Shown one piece after another: positions 1 to 9,300 of a DNA stretch of 64,000 bases (positions are counted from its first letter, which is position 1; the number at the start of each line of letters is the position of its first letter). Where the stretch lies: the NCBI GenBank assembly GCA_020352495.1, contig CP070677.1:1975418-2039417 (forward strand), written 5' to 3'. The notes beneath the pieces were generated by a model. It saw only the letters and a program-made list of their open reading frames with translations, searched no databases and had not been told where the DNA came from. Source of the stretch: Candidatus Latescibacterota bacterium (GTDB taxonomy: Bacteria > Krumholzibacteriota > Krumholzibacteriia > WVZY01). The position numbers and the translations under genes are program-made.

Positions 1-1425
1 AACGGCGATCCCGAGAAAGGTTGGGTCGGATACAAGGATGCGCTTAAGAGTTACGAAGTCGTAATCGACCATGACCTCATGTTCCTTTCTTGGCATCTTC
101 CGCAAAACGAAGCGCTTCGACGTTGCATGAAGATGTGGCCGAGGAAGAATTGGCTTCATTGGGTCCATTCCGGCCCGAGCTCGGCTCCGGCGGATCTTTG
201 TCATCCGTCGACGCTTCGCTTTACTCATGGCGGCGGGCATTACGTCTATCTCAACGAGACGCAGCGGCTTGAGTATTCGCTCATGATTCAGACGACAAAG
301 GACGAGGTATCGACGGTCTACAATCCTAAGGATATCCGCGACCTTTACGGTTTTTCGAAAGACACGTGCGCCTTGATCGACCGATATGATCTTCTCGACC
401 ATGAGATCCTCATGGTTTATCCTTTCTCGACACCTCGATACAAGGATAAGGGGATTCGGCAGCTTCTTCGTCTATTCTCCAATTGGCGAAAGCAAAAGAT
501 CAAGGCGCGCCTTATTTTGGTAAACGCGCATTGTAATTCGGCGGTCGATCAGCCGAAGCTCAAGGCGATTGAGGCATACGCTACGCTTTGCGAGCTCGAG
601 CTCGATAAGGACGTTATCCTTACCTCGAGATTCGCTGATGAGAACGAGGGGTATAAGCTCTGGCGCTATACCGTTCCTTATAAGGTCGTTCAAGATTTGA
701 TGCTCGCATCGAATATGTTCATCTTTCCCTCGGTCTCGGAATGTTGCTCGTTGATCCAAGCGGAGGCGAGCATCTCCGGAAAATTCATGGTTTTGAACCG
801 CGACTTTCCTCCGATGCTCGAATTCTCCCATCCGGGCGTCTTGACGTACGAATTTACAGGGAACGATCCCGACGCGAACCAGGCTTATTACGAATGCGTC
901 GCGCGGGAGATTTGGGCGAATTTTAAGTCGGACGCGGCGATCATGAATGCGACCAAAGCGCGGACGCAATTCTATAATCGTGATTGGATCTTTCGGACGC
1001 AATTCGAGCCGTTGCTCTATCGGCGGTTCTCCGGCGATCCGAGAGTCGTCCCGGTTGCTCCCGAGCCGGTGCGGCCGGAGCCTCCCTCGGATCTTCCGCC
1101 GCAATTTCGAGCGGCGCTCGAGTTTGAGGGGCCGAGCGGGGAAACGGTCAATGTTCCTATTGAGAAGGTTCTCGTCGAGAAGAAGAAGCCGGCGGCGGTC
1201 ATTAAGGCGACGAAACCGCCGATCGAAGTTCTTTTAGCCAATGCGGAGGAGCGAGCGGCCGAAGAGCCTTCCAATCTGGCATCAACCGATGAGCCGGATT
1301 GGAACGATCCGAAACCGGGTATTCTTTGCCCGATCTTCGGAACTTGCTCCGAGGAGCGCCGGTCGAATTGCTATGAAGAGGCCGGCCATTGCCTGATGTT
1401 GGACGAAGTTATCGAGGCAAAGTAA
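1..1425 (+). CDS. Glycosyltransferase, GT1/GT4-like (5'-partial; the frame is open from position 1)
   Basis: The frame-1 ORF runs with no stop from nt 1 to 1425. The C-terminal half carries the GT4-type motif '...FIFPSVSECCSLIQAEASISGKFMVLN', which resembles the EX7E sugar-donor fold. The C-terminus is Pro-rich. Confidence 0.55.
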   Translation, partial: NGDPEKGWVGYKDALKSYEVVIDHDLMFLSWHLPQNEALRRCMKMWPRKNWLHWVHSGPSSAPADLCHPSTLRFTHGGGHYVYLNETQRLEYSLMIQTTKDEVSTVYNPKDIRDLYGFSKDTCALIDRYDLLDHEILMVYPFSTPRYKDKGIRQLLRLFSNWRKQKIKARLILVNAHCNSAVDQPKLKAIEAYATLCELELDKDVILTSRFADENEGYKLWRYTVPYKVVQDLMLASNMFIFPSVSECCSLIQAEASISGKFMVLNRDFPPMLEFSHPGVLTYEFTGNDPDANQAYYECVAREIWANFKSDAAIMNATKARTQFYNRDWIFRTQFEPLLYRRFSGDPRVVPVAPEPVRPEPPSDLPPQFRAALEFEGPSGETVNVPIEKVLVEKKKPAAVIKATKPPIEVLLANAEERAAEEPSNLASTDEPDWNDPKPGILCPIFGTCSEERRSNCYEEAGHCLMLDEVIEAK

Positions 1426-2051
1426 TGCTCGCCGAAATACTTAACCATCGTTTGAAATACTTTCTTTCGCCGCAGTTCGATCTTTATCGAAACATTCGCG
1501 AGTTTTGGGTCGGACATCGCATGAGGGTCGCTCCGTCGATGCCGATGCGCGTTCTCGATTACGGATGTTGTACCGGCGTTGGCGCGATGCTTCTTCATTA
1601 CTCAGGGGATGACATCGTTGGCATCGATCGTTGCGGCGATTCGATCTCGTTTGCAAAACAGATGTTCGGGCATCTTTGCAACTTCTTTGTTGAGGATTGG
1701 GGAGTAAGGAAACCGCCGGAGTCCGAGGGCGCTTTCGATCTTATAACCTGTATCGAGGTCCTCGAGCATGTCGACGAGTTGAAAATCAAAACGATCCTCG
1801 AGCGGTTCCGGTATGCGCTCGCCGACGATGGCATCGTTGTTTTTTCGACGTTGAATCATAATAGTCAATATCGAAAGAACGATTGTCATGTTGGAAGGTT
1901 TACGGTTAAGACGTTTCGCGAGCTTCTCGAGCCGTTCTTTCCGGGAATCTTCATGACCGATTATTCTTTACAGGGCGTTCTTTCGGACGACTCTTCGAGA
2001 ACGCCGGTCGTTGCAATTTGGGGAGGAGATAGCAGTCATGCCAAGTCTTGA
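1425..2051 (+). CDS. Class I SAM-dependent methyltransferase
   Basis: Motif I 'VLDYGCCTGVGAM' and motif post-I 'IVGIDRC', followed by 'DLITCIEVLEHV'. The start overlaps the previous stop as TAATG. Confidence 0.7.
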   Translation: MLAEILNHRLKYFLSPQFDLYRNIREFWVGHRMRVAPSMPMRVLDYGCCTGVGAMLLHYSGDDIVGIDRCGDSISFAKQMFGHLCNFFVEDWGVRKPPESEGAFDLITCIEVLEHVDELKIKTILERFRYALADDGIVVFSTLNHNSQYRKNDCHVGRFTVKTFRELLEPFFPGIFMTDYSLQGVLSDDSSRTPVVAIWGGDSSHAKS

Positions 2052-2274
2052 CGAAAGGGGCGTCGGCGAATGTCGTCACGACTTTCGCGATGGAGTTTGT
2101 TGGTATTGCGGAAAGAAGGCTCTTAGAGAGTCGGGGGGAAGGGATAAGAAGCCCTCGGACGAGGAAGAGCGGAACGCCTTGAAATCGCTCGCCGAGAAGG
2201 TCGCTGAGGGGCCGGATTTCAAAGCGGAGCTTGAGCGTCTCAAGGAGCGATGCCGGGAGACTCTCGGGCTTTGA
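2011..2274 (+). CDS. Small hypothetical protein (CxxxC...CxxC)
   Basis: ORF with the Cys pattern 'CRHDFRDGVCWYCGKK'. It overlaps its neighbours. Confidence 0.3.
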   Translation: MQFGEEIAVMPSLDERGVGECRHDFRDGVCWYCGKKALRESGGRDKKPSDEEERNALKSLAEKVAEGPDFKAELERLKERCRETLGL

Positions 2275-3047
2275 TCGAACCAAGACCGATATACGAGCTC
2301 GAGGGGCTCTTCGAGGGAAAGAGCGTTATTCTTGCGGGGCCGGCTCCGAGCTTGCTTGATTCTCTCGACTTCCTCGAGGGCCGGCGGGTTATTGCGGTAA
2401 ACTCCGCGGTCGAGCTCGTCGAGAAGCCTTGGCTGTGGATGTACGCCGACAAGCGCTTTAGTCGATACTATCGGGAGTTTATCCGGGGGCGCTTGGCTCA
2501 TGTCCTCGTTCCGATAACCGAGATCGGTCATCGGCGGCATTTCCGGGGAGAGGGGCTCTGGTTTTTTCAATATCGGCGACATACGCCGGATCGGAAGAAG
2601 CGCTCGGGAACGTGGTGGCGCGATCCGAAGTTCAACTATCTCCCGGGGCGTTGCTCGATCCTTTCGAACGCTATGAGTCTTTGTCAATTATTGGGCTTTC
2701 ATAAAGTCCTTCTCGTCGGTTTTGATTTTGAGCTCGCCGGGCGTCGGTACTATGCCTCGGGAATTCGGCGGAATCAGGGACCCACAAAGCGCTGGAGGGC
2801 GCTCCGGTCAAGCCTCCGATGGTTCGTCGGGGCTCGGGCGAAAGGGCTCTGGCCGGATCTCAGGCTTTCTACGGTCTCGCCGGCGTTGCATCGGAATGCG
2901 GACATTCCCCTCGCCTCGAGGGAGGAGGCAAAAGCGCATGGCGCGGAAGATCGCCGGATTCGAAGCCTTTCTGAAGAGTACGTCGCGAGATACGGATTAT
3001 TGCCCGCCGAGATGGATCGAGCGGCTCCGGGCGCGGATTCATCTTGA
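2250..3047 (+). CDS. Hypothetical protein, possible MAF/DUF115-like glycosyltransferase-family protein
   Basis: 'ILAGPAPSL...RVIAVNSA...VLLVGFDFEL' resembles the Rossmann-like GPSL and VN signatures of motility-accessory-factor-type sugar transferases. A paralog-like pattern is at 35758..36516. Confidence 0.4.
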   Translation: MPGDSRALIEPRPIYELEGLFEGKSVILAGPAPSLLDSLDFLEGRRVIAVNSAVELVEKPWLWMYADKRFSRYYREFIRGRLAHVLVPITEIGHRRHFRGEGLWFFQYRRHTPDRKKRSGTWWRDPKFNYLPGRCSILSNAMSLCQLLGFHKVLLVGFDFELAGRRYYASGIRRNQGPTKRWRALRSSLRWFVGARAKGLWPDLRLSTVSPALHRNADIPLASREEAKAHGAEDRRIRSLSEEYVARYGLLPAEMDRAAPGADSS

Positions 3048-3609
3048 GCTCAAGCGGCGGAAGCGCGTTTTTACGAGGATTATTCGGCAGGGGGGGATCG
3101 CCGAGGACAACATCAAGCGGACCTATGTCGTCGGACCCGTCGACCTCCCCCTCGACTTCTTCGTTTCCTCGAGGTGGCATGAGCGCCGGCTCAAGCTTCC
3201 TCTTGCCCATGATCGGATTTCTTGGGGGCTCGCTTGGCTTTGGTGGCAAGGCGCTCGGAGCTATCGGGGGATCCGAGGGCATATCGAGGAGAACGGTATG
3301 CGGAAGCCAATCGAGGCCGAGCTCTATATCAACTATTCTCCGAAAATCAAGCTCTATCACCGGGCGCTTTGCTTCCGAGGGCATAACCTTGATTGGCCAT
3401 TTTTGTTTCTACGACGAGGGAACGAACGGCTCATGATGGCGTGGTTCGAATGGGGCTGGAGGACGATTCCGGCCGCGATTTGGGTCCGGGATTGCGGCTA
3501 TAGCGATGCGTTCTCGGCGCTTTTGCATTACGCGCTCGCCGAGCTTTGTCCGCCGGAATTCAAGACCTCCCGGACGATTTGTCGGCGGGTTAACGATCTT
3601 GGAGTATGA
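2938..3609 (+). CDS. Hypothetical protein
   Basis: An internal ATG at 2938 follows GGAGGAGG. The C-terminal 200 aa are non-repetitive and protein-like ('WFEWGWRTIPAAIWVRDCGYSDAF'). The 5' end overlaps the previous ORF in another frame. Confidence 0.4.
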   Translation: MARKIAGFEAFLKSTSRDTDYCPPRWIERLRARIHLELKRRKRVFTRIIRQGGIAEDNIKRTYVVGPVDLPLDFFVSSRWHERRLKLPLAHDRISWGLAWLWWQGARSYRGIRGHIEENGMRKPIEAELYINYSPKIKLYHRALCFRGHNLDWPFLFLRRGNERLMMAWFEWGWRTIPAAIWVRDCGYSDAFSALLHYALAELCPPEFKTSRTICRRVNDLGV

Positions 3610-3809
3610 AAATGCTGAGTTTAGAAGAACTCCGGGAGGAGCTTCCTTGCTACGCTCCGGAGACTGTTCTCCGGGAATTGATTGAAATCCTCGCTCCGGA
3701 GGGAGGGGATCAAGCTCGCTCGATTGCGATCCAGGATCTCCGGGCGGCTTTAAAGCGAGTCGAGCGTCGGCTTTTTTGCGAAGAATGGAGGGGGGGCGAA
3801 GATGCCTGA
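3606..3809 (+). CDS. Small hypothetical protein
   Basis: The ORF is 67 aa. Its start overlaps the upstream stop as ATGA. Confidence 0.35.
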   Translation: MKMLSLEELREELPCYAPETVLRELIEILAPEGGDQARSIAIQDLRAALKRVERRLFCEEWRGGEDA

Positions 3810-4899
3810 TTATCAAACACCGAAGGTCTCCGTCGTCTTGGGCGTACGGAATGAATATCCCGTTATCCTCGGGACGATGATGAGCGTCGTCGAGGAGCTC
3901 GAGTTTTGGGGATACCCATGGGAGATCATCGTCGTCGACAATCTCTCGACGGACAATACGGCGGACATCCTTGAGGACAAGTTCCGGCGTTGGGTACGCC
4001 ATGGGCTCCTCAAGGTTATTCGTTGGAACGATCGGCCGGCAAACGTTACCGTGCGGAACGTGGGGGCTCGAAAGGCGACGGGCGATGTTGTCTTCCTCGG
4101 GGACGGGCATCTCTCGATCAAGATCGGGACGTTTCACGGCATGATTCAAGGATGGCTAAAGCGAGGCGGGCTTTGGCATTCGGCGATTCATATTTGGGGG
4201 GATACGTCGAACATCCGGTGTTACGGCTATGATTTGAAGCTCGAGGAGAGATTTTGGGGAAATCTCTCGAGGGGGATCCCTGATGAAGTCTTCGAGGATC
4301 CGAAGAAGAAGACGAATCCGAGGCCGTACCGAGTACCGATGGCTTCGCATTGTTGCCTCATGGCCGGCCGGGAAGAGTACCTCGATTTTCGCGGATATTG
4401 CGAGAATTTTCGGTGTTACGGCGGCGGGGAGCCTTATCTTGATCTTCTTTGGTGGATCTTTGGGAAAGAGGTTTGGCTTTATCCTCAAGGCTTGATTCGC
4501 CATGCGTTCGGCGTCAACGCGCGCTGGGAGACGGCTCCGAAGGACAAGAAGACGCGGAACAAGGTTCATCGACGAGATGGCGTCCAAACCCAAGACCTCA
4601 AGGAGGGGGACGAGTATCTTCGTTATTCGCGCGGCTACAATTGGACGAATGAGCAATTCCATTACAATTTTATGTTAAGTGCTTACTGCATAGGCGGTTA
4701 CGCATGGCTTAGGAAGCGTTATGAGGCGTATTGGGAGATGCGGAAAGGGAATTCCCGGTATCTCGAAGATTTGAAGCAACTCCGGCGGGAGGTTCTTCAT
4801 GAAGGGGCGGAGACGCGGGCTTTTATCGAGAGCCGGCAAGTCATGACCCTCGACGACCTCCTCGAAAAAAAGCCTTGGGAAAACTTCGCCGACCTCTGA
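3802..4899 (+). CDS. Glycosyltransferase family 2 (GT-A fold)
   Basis: The N-terminus 'VSVVLGVRNEYPVILGTMMSVVEE...EIIVVDNLSTDNTADIL' matches the canonical GT2 signature, including a DxD-like 'LGDGH'. Confidence 0.75.
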   Translation: MPDYQTPKVSVVLGVRNEYPVILGTMMSVVEELEFWGYPWEIIVVDNLSTDNTADILEDKFRRWVRHGLLKVIRWNDRPANVTVRNVGARKATGDVVFLGDGHLSIKIGTFHGMIQGWLKRGGLWHSAIHIWGDTSNIRCYGYDLKLEERFWGNLSRGIPDEVFEDPKKKTNPRPYRVPMASHCCLMAGREEYLDFRGYCENFRCYGGGEPYLDLLWWIFGKEVWLYPQGLIRHAFGVNARWETAPKDKKTRNKVHRRDGVQTQDLKEGDEYLRYSRGYNWTNEQFHYNFMLSAYCIGGYAWLRKRYEAYWEMRKGNSRYLEDLKQLRREVLHEGAETRAFIESRQVMTLDDLLEKKPWENFADL

Positions 4900-5086
4900 T
4901 ATACTAAGGGGGACTCGAGCTCGGCCGGAGTCGCCGGCGGGTACGCCGGGGGGCTTGTCCTCCCTATAAAAGGCAAGGCCGCGGGCTCGGTCTATTACTC
5001 CGAAAAGACGGGATATACCCGGACCCGAAAAGGATTGAGGGGAGCATACCTTTACGGCTTCGGTCCCGGAGCTAAGATTCTACCTT

Positions 5087-5659
5087 TTGGAGGAGAGCAT
5101 GGCGCAACGCGAGCTTGTTCCGATCTTGGTAAAAATTGGATTGACGCAGACTGGCCGGGCGGAATATCCGCCGTTCAATCAACTCCCTGTCGTCGCGGCT
5201 TCGGGCTTGGACTGGTCTCGGTACGTTGACATTCACGGGACGGGTTGGAAGTACGACAAGACCTCCGGGCATCAGGACGATACGCCGGGAAGTCCTCTCG
5301 GGATGCAATGGGGCGCGCTTCTCGTTCCGGAGCAATTTGCAATTGAGGCGGCGCAACAGTTCCCGACGGTTGTTACGATTCTCAACGAGAACGATTACGA
5401 GAGTTTTCACGATAGTAAAGCAACGATCTACGATCCGGACGAGCTCGTCGATGCGGAAGTCCTCGCGGGGATTCAGGCAAAGGTCAACCTTGCGAATAGT
5501 CTCGCGGCGTCTCAACCGTCGCTCAATCTTGACTTGACCCAGGGGCAAATCGAGGCGCTTGATCCCGACGACGATAAGCCGGGTATTCGGAAAAACAAGA
5601 TGAAGAAATGGTCGGACGCCAAGGCGGCTCGAGATATCAAGATCAAGGATTTGACATGA
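5087..5659 (+). CDS. Hypothetical protein
   Basis: ORF with a GGAGGAG ribosome-binding site (RBS). It is acidic and non-repetitive. Confidence 0.5.
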   Translation: MEESMAQRELVPILVKIGLTQTGRAEYPPFNQLPVVAASGLDWSRYVDIHGTGWKYDKTSGHQDDTPGSPLGMQWGALLVPEQFAIEAAQQFPTVVTILNENDYESFHDSKATIYDPDELVDAEVLAGIQAKVNLANSLAASQPSLNLDLTQGQIEALDPDDDKPGIRKNKMKKWSDAKAARDIKIKDLT

Positions 5660-6333
5660 GGACGAAAGTCCTCGTCTCGTTTCCGACGCCTCCGAAGTTT
5701 CCCTATCTTCATAAAAAAGTCGTCTTCGTTTCTTGGAGAATTCTCGCCGATCGTCGTTACGAGATCGAGCCGATGATTCCGACAAAAGCTCCTTTTGAGA
5801 ATAACCTTCATCACATTTTGAATGACTTCATGACATCCGATTGTACCTTTTGGCTTTCGGTAGATGCCGACAATCCGCCAATAGGCAAGCCTCTTGATCT
5901 TGTCGAGGAGGACCTCGATCTCGTCGGTTATCCGACGCCGGTCTGGCATTTTGATCCCGAGAGTCCCGTTCCCGGCGATCGGCCGTTTTATTGGAACGCT
6001 TACGATTATGTTCCCGAGGAGGATGCTTACGCCGAACATGATCCGAAGGATGGATTACAGCGGGTCGACGCAATCGGAACGGGTTGTTTCTTGGTTCATC
6101 GGCGGGTCTTTGAACATCCGGAGATGCGGAAGGCTCCCTTTCAGCGGACGTACTATGATGATGGAACCGTGAAGAAGGGAAACGACCTTGCGTTCTCCGA
6201 GCGAGTTCGCCGATGCGGTTTTTCAATCTATGCTCACTACGGTTATCCTTGCAGTCATTACGTTGAGCTTGACATCAACGAGGCGGCGGCTGGATTTAGG
6301 AACTCTCATGTAAAGGTTTCAACCGAACGATAA
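5656..6333 (+). CDS. Hypothetical protein, glycosyltransferase-like
   Basis: ATGA overlap with the upstream stop. 'FWLSVDADN' and 'GTGCFLVHRRVFE' resemble GT-A acceptor and C-terminal motifs. Confidence 0.45.
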   Translation: MRTKVLVSFPTPPKFPYLHKKVVFVSWRILADRRYEIEPMIPTKAPFENNLHHILNDFMTSDCTFWLSVDADNPPIGKPLDLVEEDLDLVGYPTPVWHFDPESPVPGDRPFYWNAYDYVPEEDAYAEHDPKDGLQRVDAIGTGCFLVHRRVFEHPEMRKAPFQRTYYDDGTVKKGNDLAFSERVRRCGFSIYAHYGYPCSHYVELDINEAAAGFRNSHVKVSTER

Positions 6334-6360
6334 ATCTCCGCCATTAAGAAGTGAAGAGTA

Positions 6361-9300
6361 ATGGCTTTACATGATTATCTTCTCGCCGGCGATGAGGCGA
6401 AGAAGCTTTACCTCGTCAGCGCTTTTACGTCGACTTTAAAGGAGAGTCAGGCGTATTCGAAATGTAAGGTTGTCTCCCATGATGGAACGGATACCTTATA
6501 TTCGGACGAGGGCGTCGATAAGCTTTTTTTGATCTCGGGAACCTTTACGACGACCGTGAAATCGTCTTACGTCCATACGGCGCAAGATGGTAAGGCGCGC
6601 GGTATTTCTTGGGATGGAACTAATACTGTTTGGGCCGGAGGGGATAACGACAAATTTTTCCTTCAGTCGGGAGAATTTAGCTCGACGATCAAAACGTCTT
6701 TTGATCATTCCGCCATTCAATTAGATGTCAATGGTGTTTGCGCCGACGAGCTTTCCGATACGAACTTTGCCGGTAAAGCTACGAATGTTTGGCTTTACCT
6801 CATGTCGGGTCAATTTTCCTCGACGATCAATGCTTCCCAAGATGTTAGCTCGATAGATTCAAAGCCTCTCGGTTGCGGGTGGGATGGAACCGATACGTCA
6901 TTTACGGGGGATACGAACGACAAGGTTTACCAAACCAGCGGAAGATTTTCGACGACGATGAAGTCGTCTTTTGACTTCACGGCGATAAGCGCAAAGCTCA
7001 AGGATCTCGAGACGTTCGATACGGATGCTCGTCTTGGTGAAGGGGAGACGACGACGACCTCGCAATCGACGACGCGGAGTACGAGTCAATCGACTTCGCA
7101 ATCGACGACGCGGAGTACGAGTCAATCGACTTCGCAATCGACGACGCAATCAACGACGGCGAGTTCGTCTCAATCGACGATTACGCCGCTCCCCTCGCAG
7201 ACGACTATACAAAGCACGTCGGCGAGCACGTCGCAATCGACCTCGCAATCGACGACGCGAAGTACGAGCCAATCGACGACCCAATCGACGACGCGAAGTA
7301 CGAGCCAAACGACGACGCGGAGTACGAGCCAATCGACCTCGCAAACGACGACGCGGAGTACGAGCCAATCGACCTCGCAAACGACGACGCGGAGTACGAG
7401 CCAATCGACCTCACAGACGACGACGCGGAGTACAAGCCAATCGACGACCCAATCAACGACCGCGAGTACGAGTCAATCGACGACGCGAAGCACGAGCCAA
7501 TCGACAACGGCTTCGACGAGTCAATCGACGACTTATACCGAGAATCCTATCTCATACGAGCAAACGTGGGATTACGACGATCAAAACGTCGATTATTACG
7601 ATGATACCGATCCGTTCTATGAGACGGGCTTTTCTCCTCCGCCGGCTTGGAGCTCCGGGCAGGGCGTTTTTGCTTACGGCACGCTCAACGATCTCGTTCC
7701 TTCGGTCAATACGACGCTTGCGAATTCGGGGGCGGATTGTCGAAGTTATTACTTTGTTAAAGACTTTACGATTTCGAGTAAGCCGGATCTCCTCAAGGTT
7801 GAGATAAACGCCATCCGGGACGATGCCGTTGTCATTTGGGTAAACGGAACGGAAGTCGCTCGAATCAACGTAACGAATCCCCTCTCTCATGGGATGCAAG
7901 CCGATGGCGCGGCCGGCGAGGGTACGCCGTATTCTTGGGAGCTTACCGGGGCGGAGCTCGATCCATTCGTAACGGGGACGAACCGTATCGCGGCCTTCCT
8001 TGTTAACGCGAGCGCTGGAAGCTCGGACGCCGGTTTTGACCTTGAGATGTTCGCGCATTACCAAGGCGTGCCGGGGACGACTTCGCAATCGACCTCCCTC
8101 TCGACATCGGCTTCGACGTCGCAATCGATCTCGACTTCGAATTCGACAACGGCTTCGACCTCGGCTTCGACGACGCATACCGATCCGCCGTTCTTTTGTA
8201 CCGATCGAGACTTCTCGGAGATTGAGAATAACGACATAAACTCCGGAACCGACGCGATGACCGAGGCGTCGGGTATCGAGTATTGGCCGGACGAGGATGA
8301 ACTTCTTGCGGTTTCCGACGATATTCCAACGGGGATGCGGGCGCTCGATCTTCTCGTGAATATCAAGCGGGATATCTCTTATCCTGCCGGTCGGGATGAT
8401 ATCGAGGATATTTGCTACCTTGGCGGGAGTTGGTTTGAGACCGAAGGCTGGAACTTTGCCATCCTCGAGGAGGGGGATTCGGTCCTCGACGCCGCAATCG
8501 TACTTTGTAAGATCGATCCGGGGGCCGGCTCGATTACCGAGTACGAGGTTCATAGTCTCCCGGACATTCCCTGGTATAGCGGGACGTACGGCGGAGAGGG
8601 GGCCGAGGGGCTTGCTTTTGATCCAAACACCGGCAAATTCTATGTTATCAACCAGGCGGATACTCAATCGGACGTCGGTGTTTGGGAAGTCGATACGGCC
8701 AATGGATGGAGCGTAACCCGGCTCTATACTTGGAGCGATACCGTTCTCGTAAGTACGGTCTCCGATCCCGTCGCCTTCGCCGGCGCTTTCCATGGGGCGA
8801 ACCTCGCGGGCTCCGTTCATGGTTCTTTTCCGCGGTCGCTCTTCATTCTCACGAGGAATACGACGGACGATCGCCGGCTCGTTATTCAGCTTGATACGGA
8901 CTCCGGCGAAACGCTCTCGACGTTTCAACATGCCAAGACCGGGCAAGTCGAGGGGATGTGCTTCGATACGTCTCGCGGGGATATGTATCTTTGCTCGGAG
9001 ACGGCTTCTCCCGGTCCTAACTGGTGGCGCTTCTCAACCCTCGGGGCTTTAACCTCGTCGGTCTCGACGTCGCTTACAACGTCTCAGAGTACCTCTCAAT
9101 CGACGACGCGGAGTACGTCGCAATCGACGACCCAATCGACGACGCGGAGTACGTCGCAATCGACGACCCAATCGACGACGCGGAGTACGTCGCAATCGAC
9201 GACGCAATCGACGACGGCGAGTACGCCGGTCTCGACTTCGCAATCAACGACGGCAAGCTCCTCGAATTCGACGTCGCAATCAACGACAACGCCTCCGCCG

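Noticed and set aside
472-1104. Minus-strand 210-aa ORF inside the GT4 gene
   Set aside because: It is antisense to a gene with recognisable glycosyltransferase motifs. High-GC antisense frames are commonly open.
3436-3460. tRNA-like T-loop string GGTTCGAATGG
   Set aside because: It is embedded in a well-formed coding frame. No acceptor or anticodon stems can be drawn.
6898-7807. Arg-rich ORFs on both strands inside the S/T-repeat region (e.g. 7025-7807 +, 7150-7404 -)
   Set aside because: They are alternative-frame or antisense translations of the (TCGACGACG)n-like coding repeat. They are low-complexity and lie wholly inside the giant gene.
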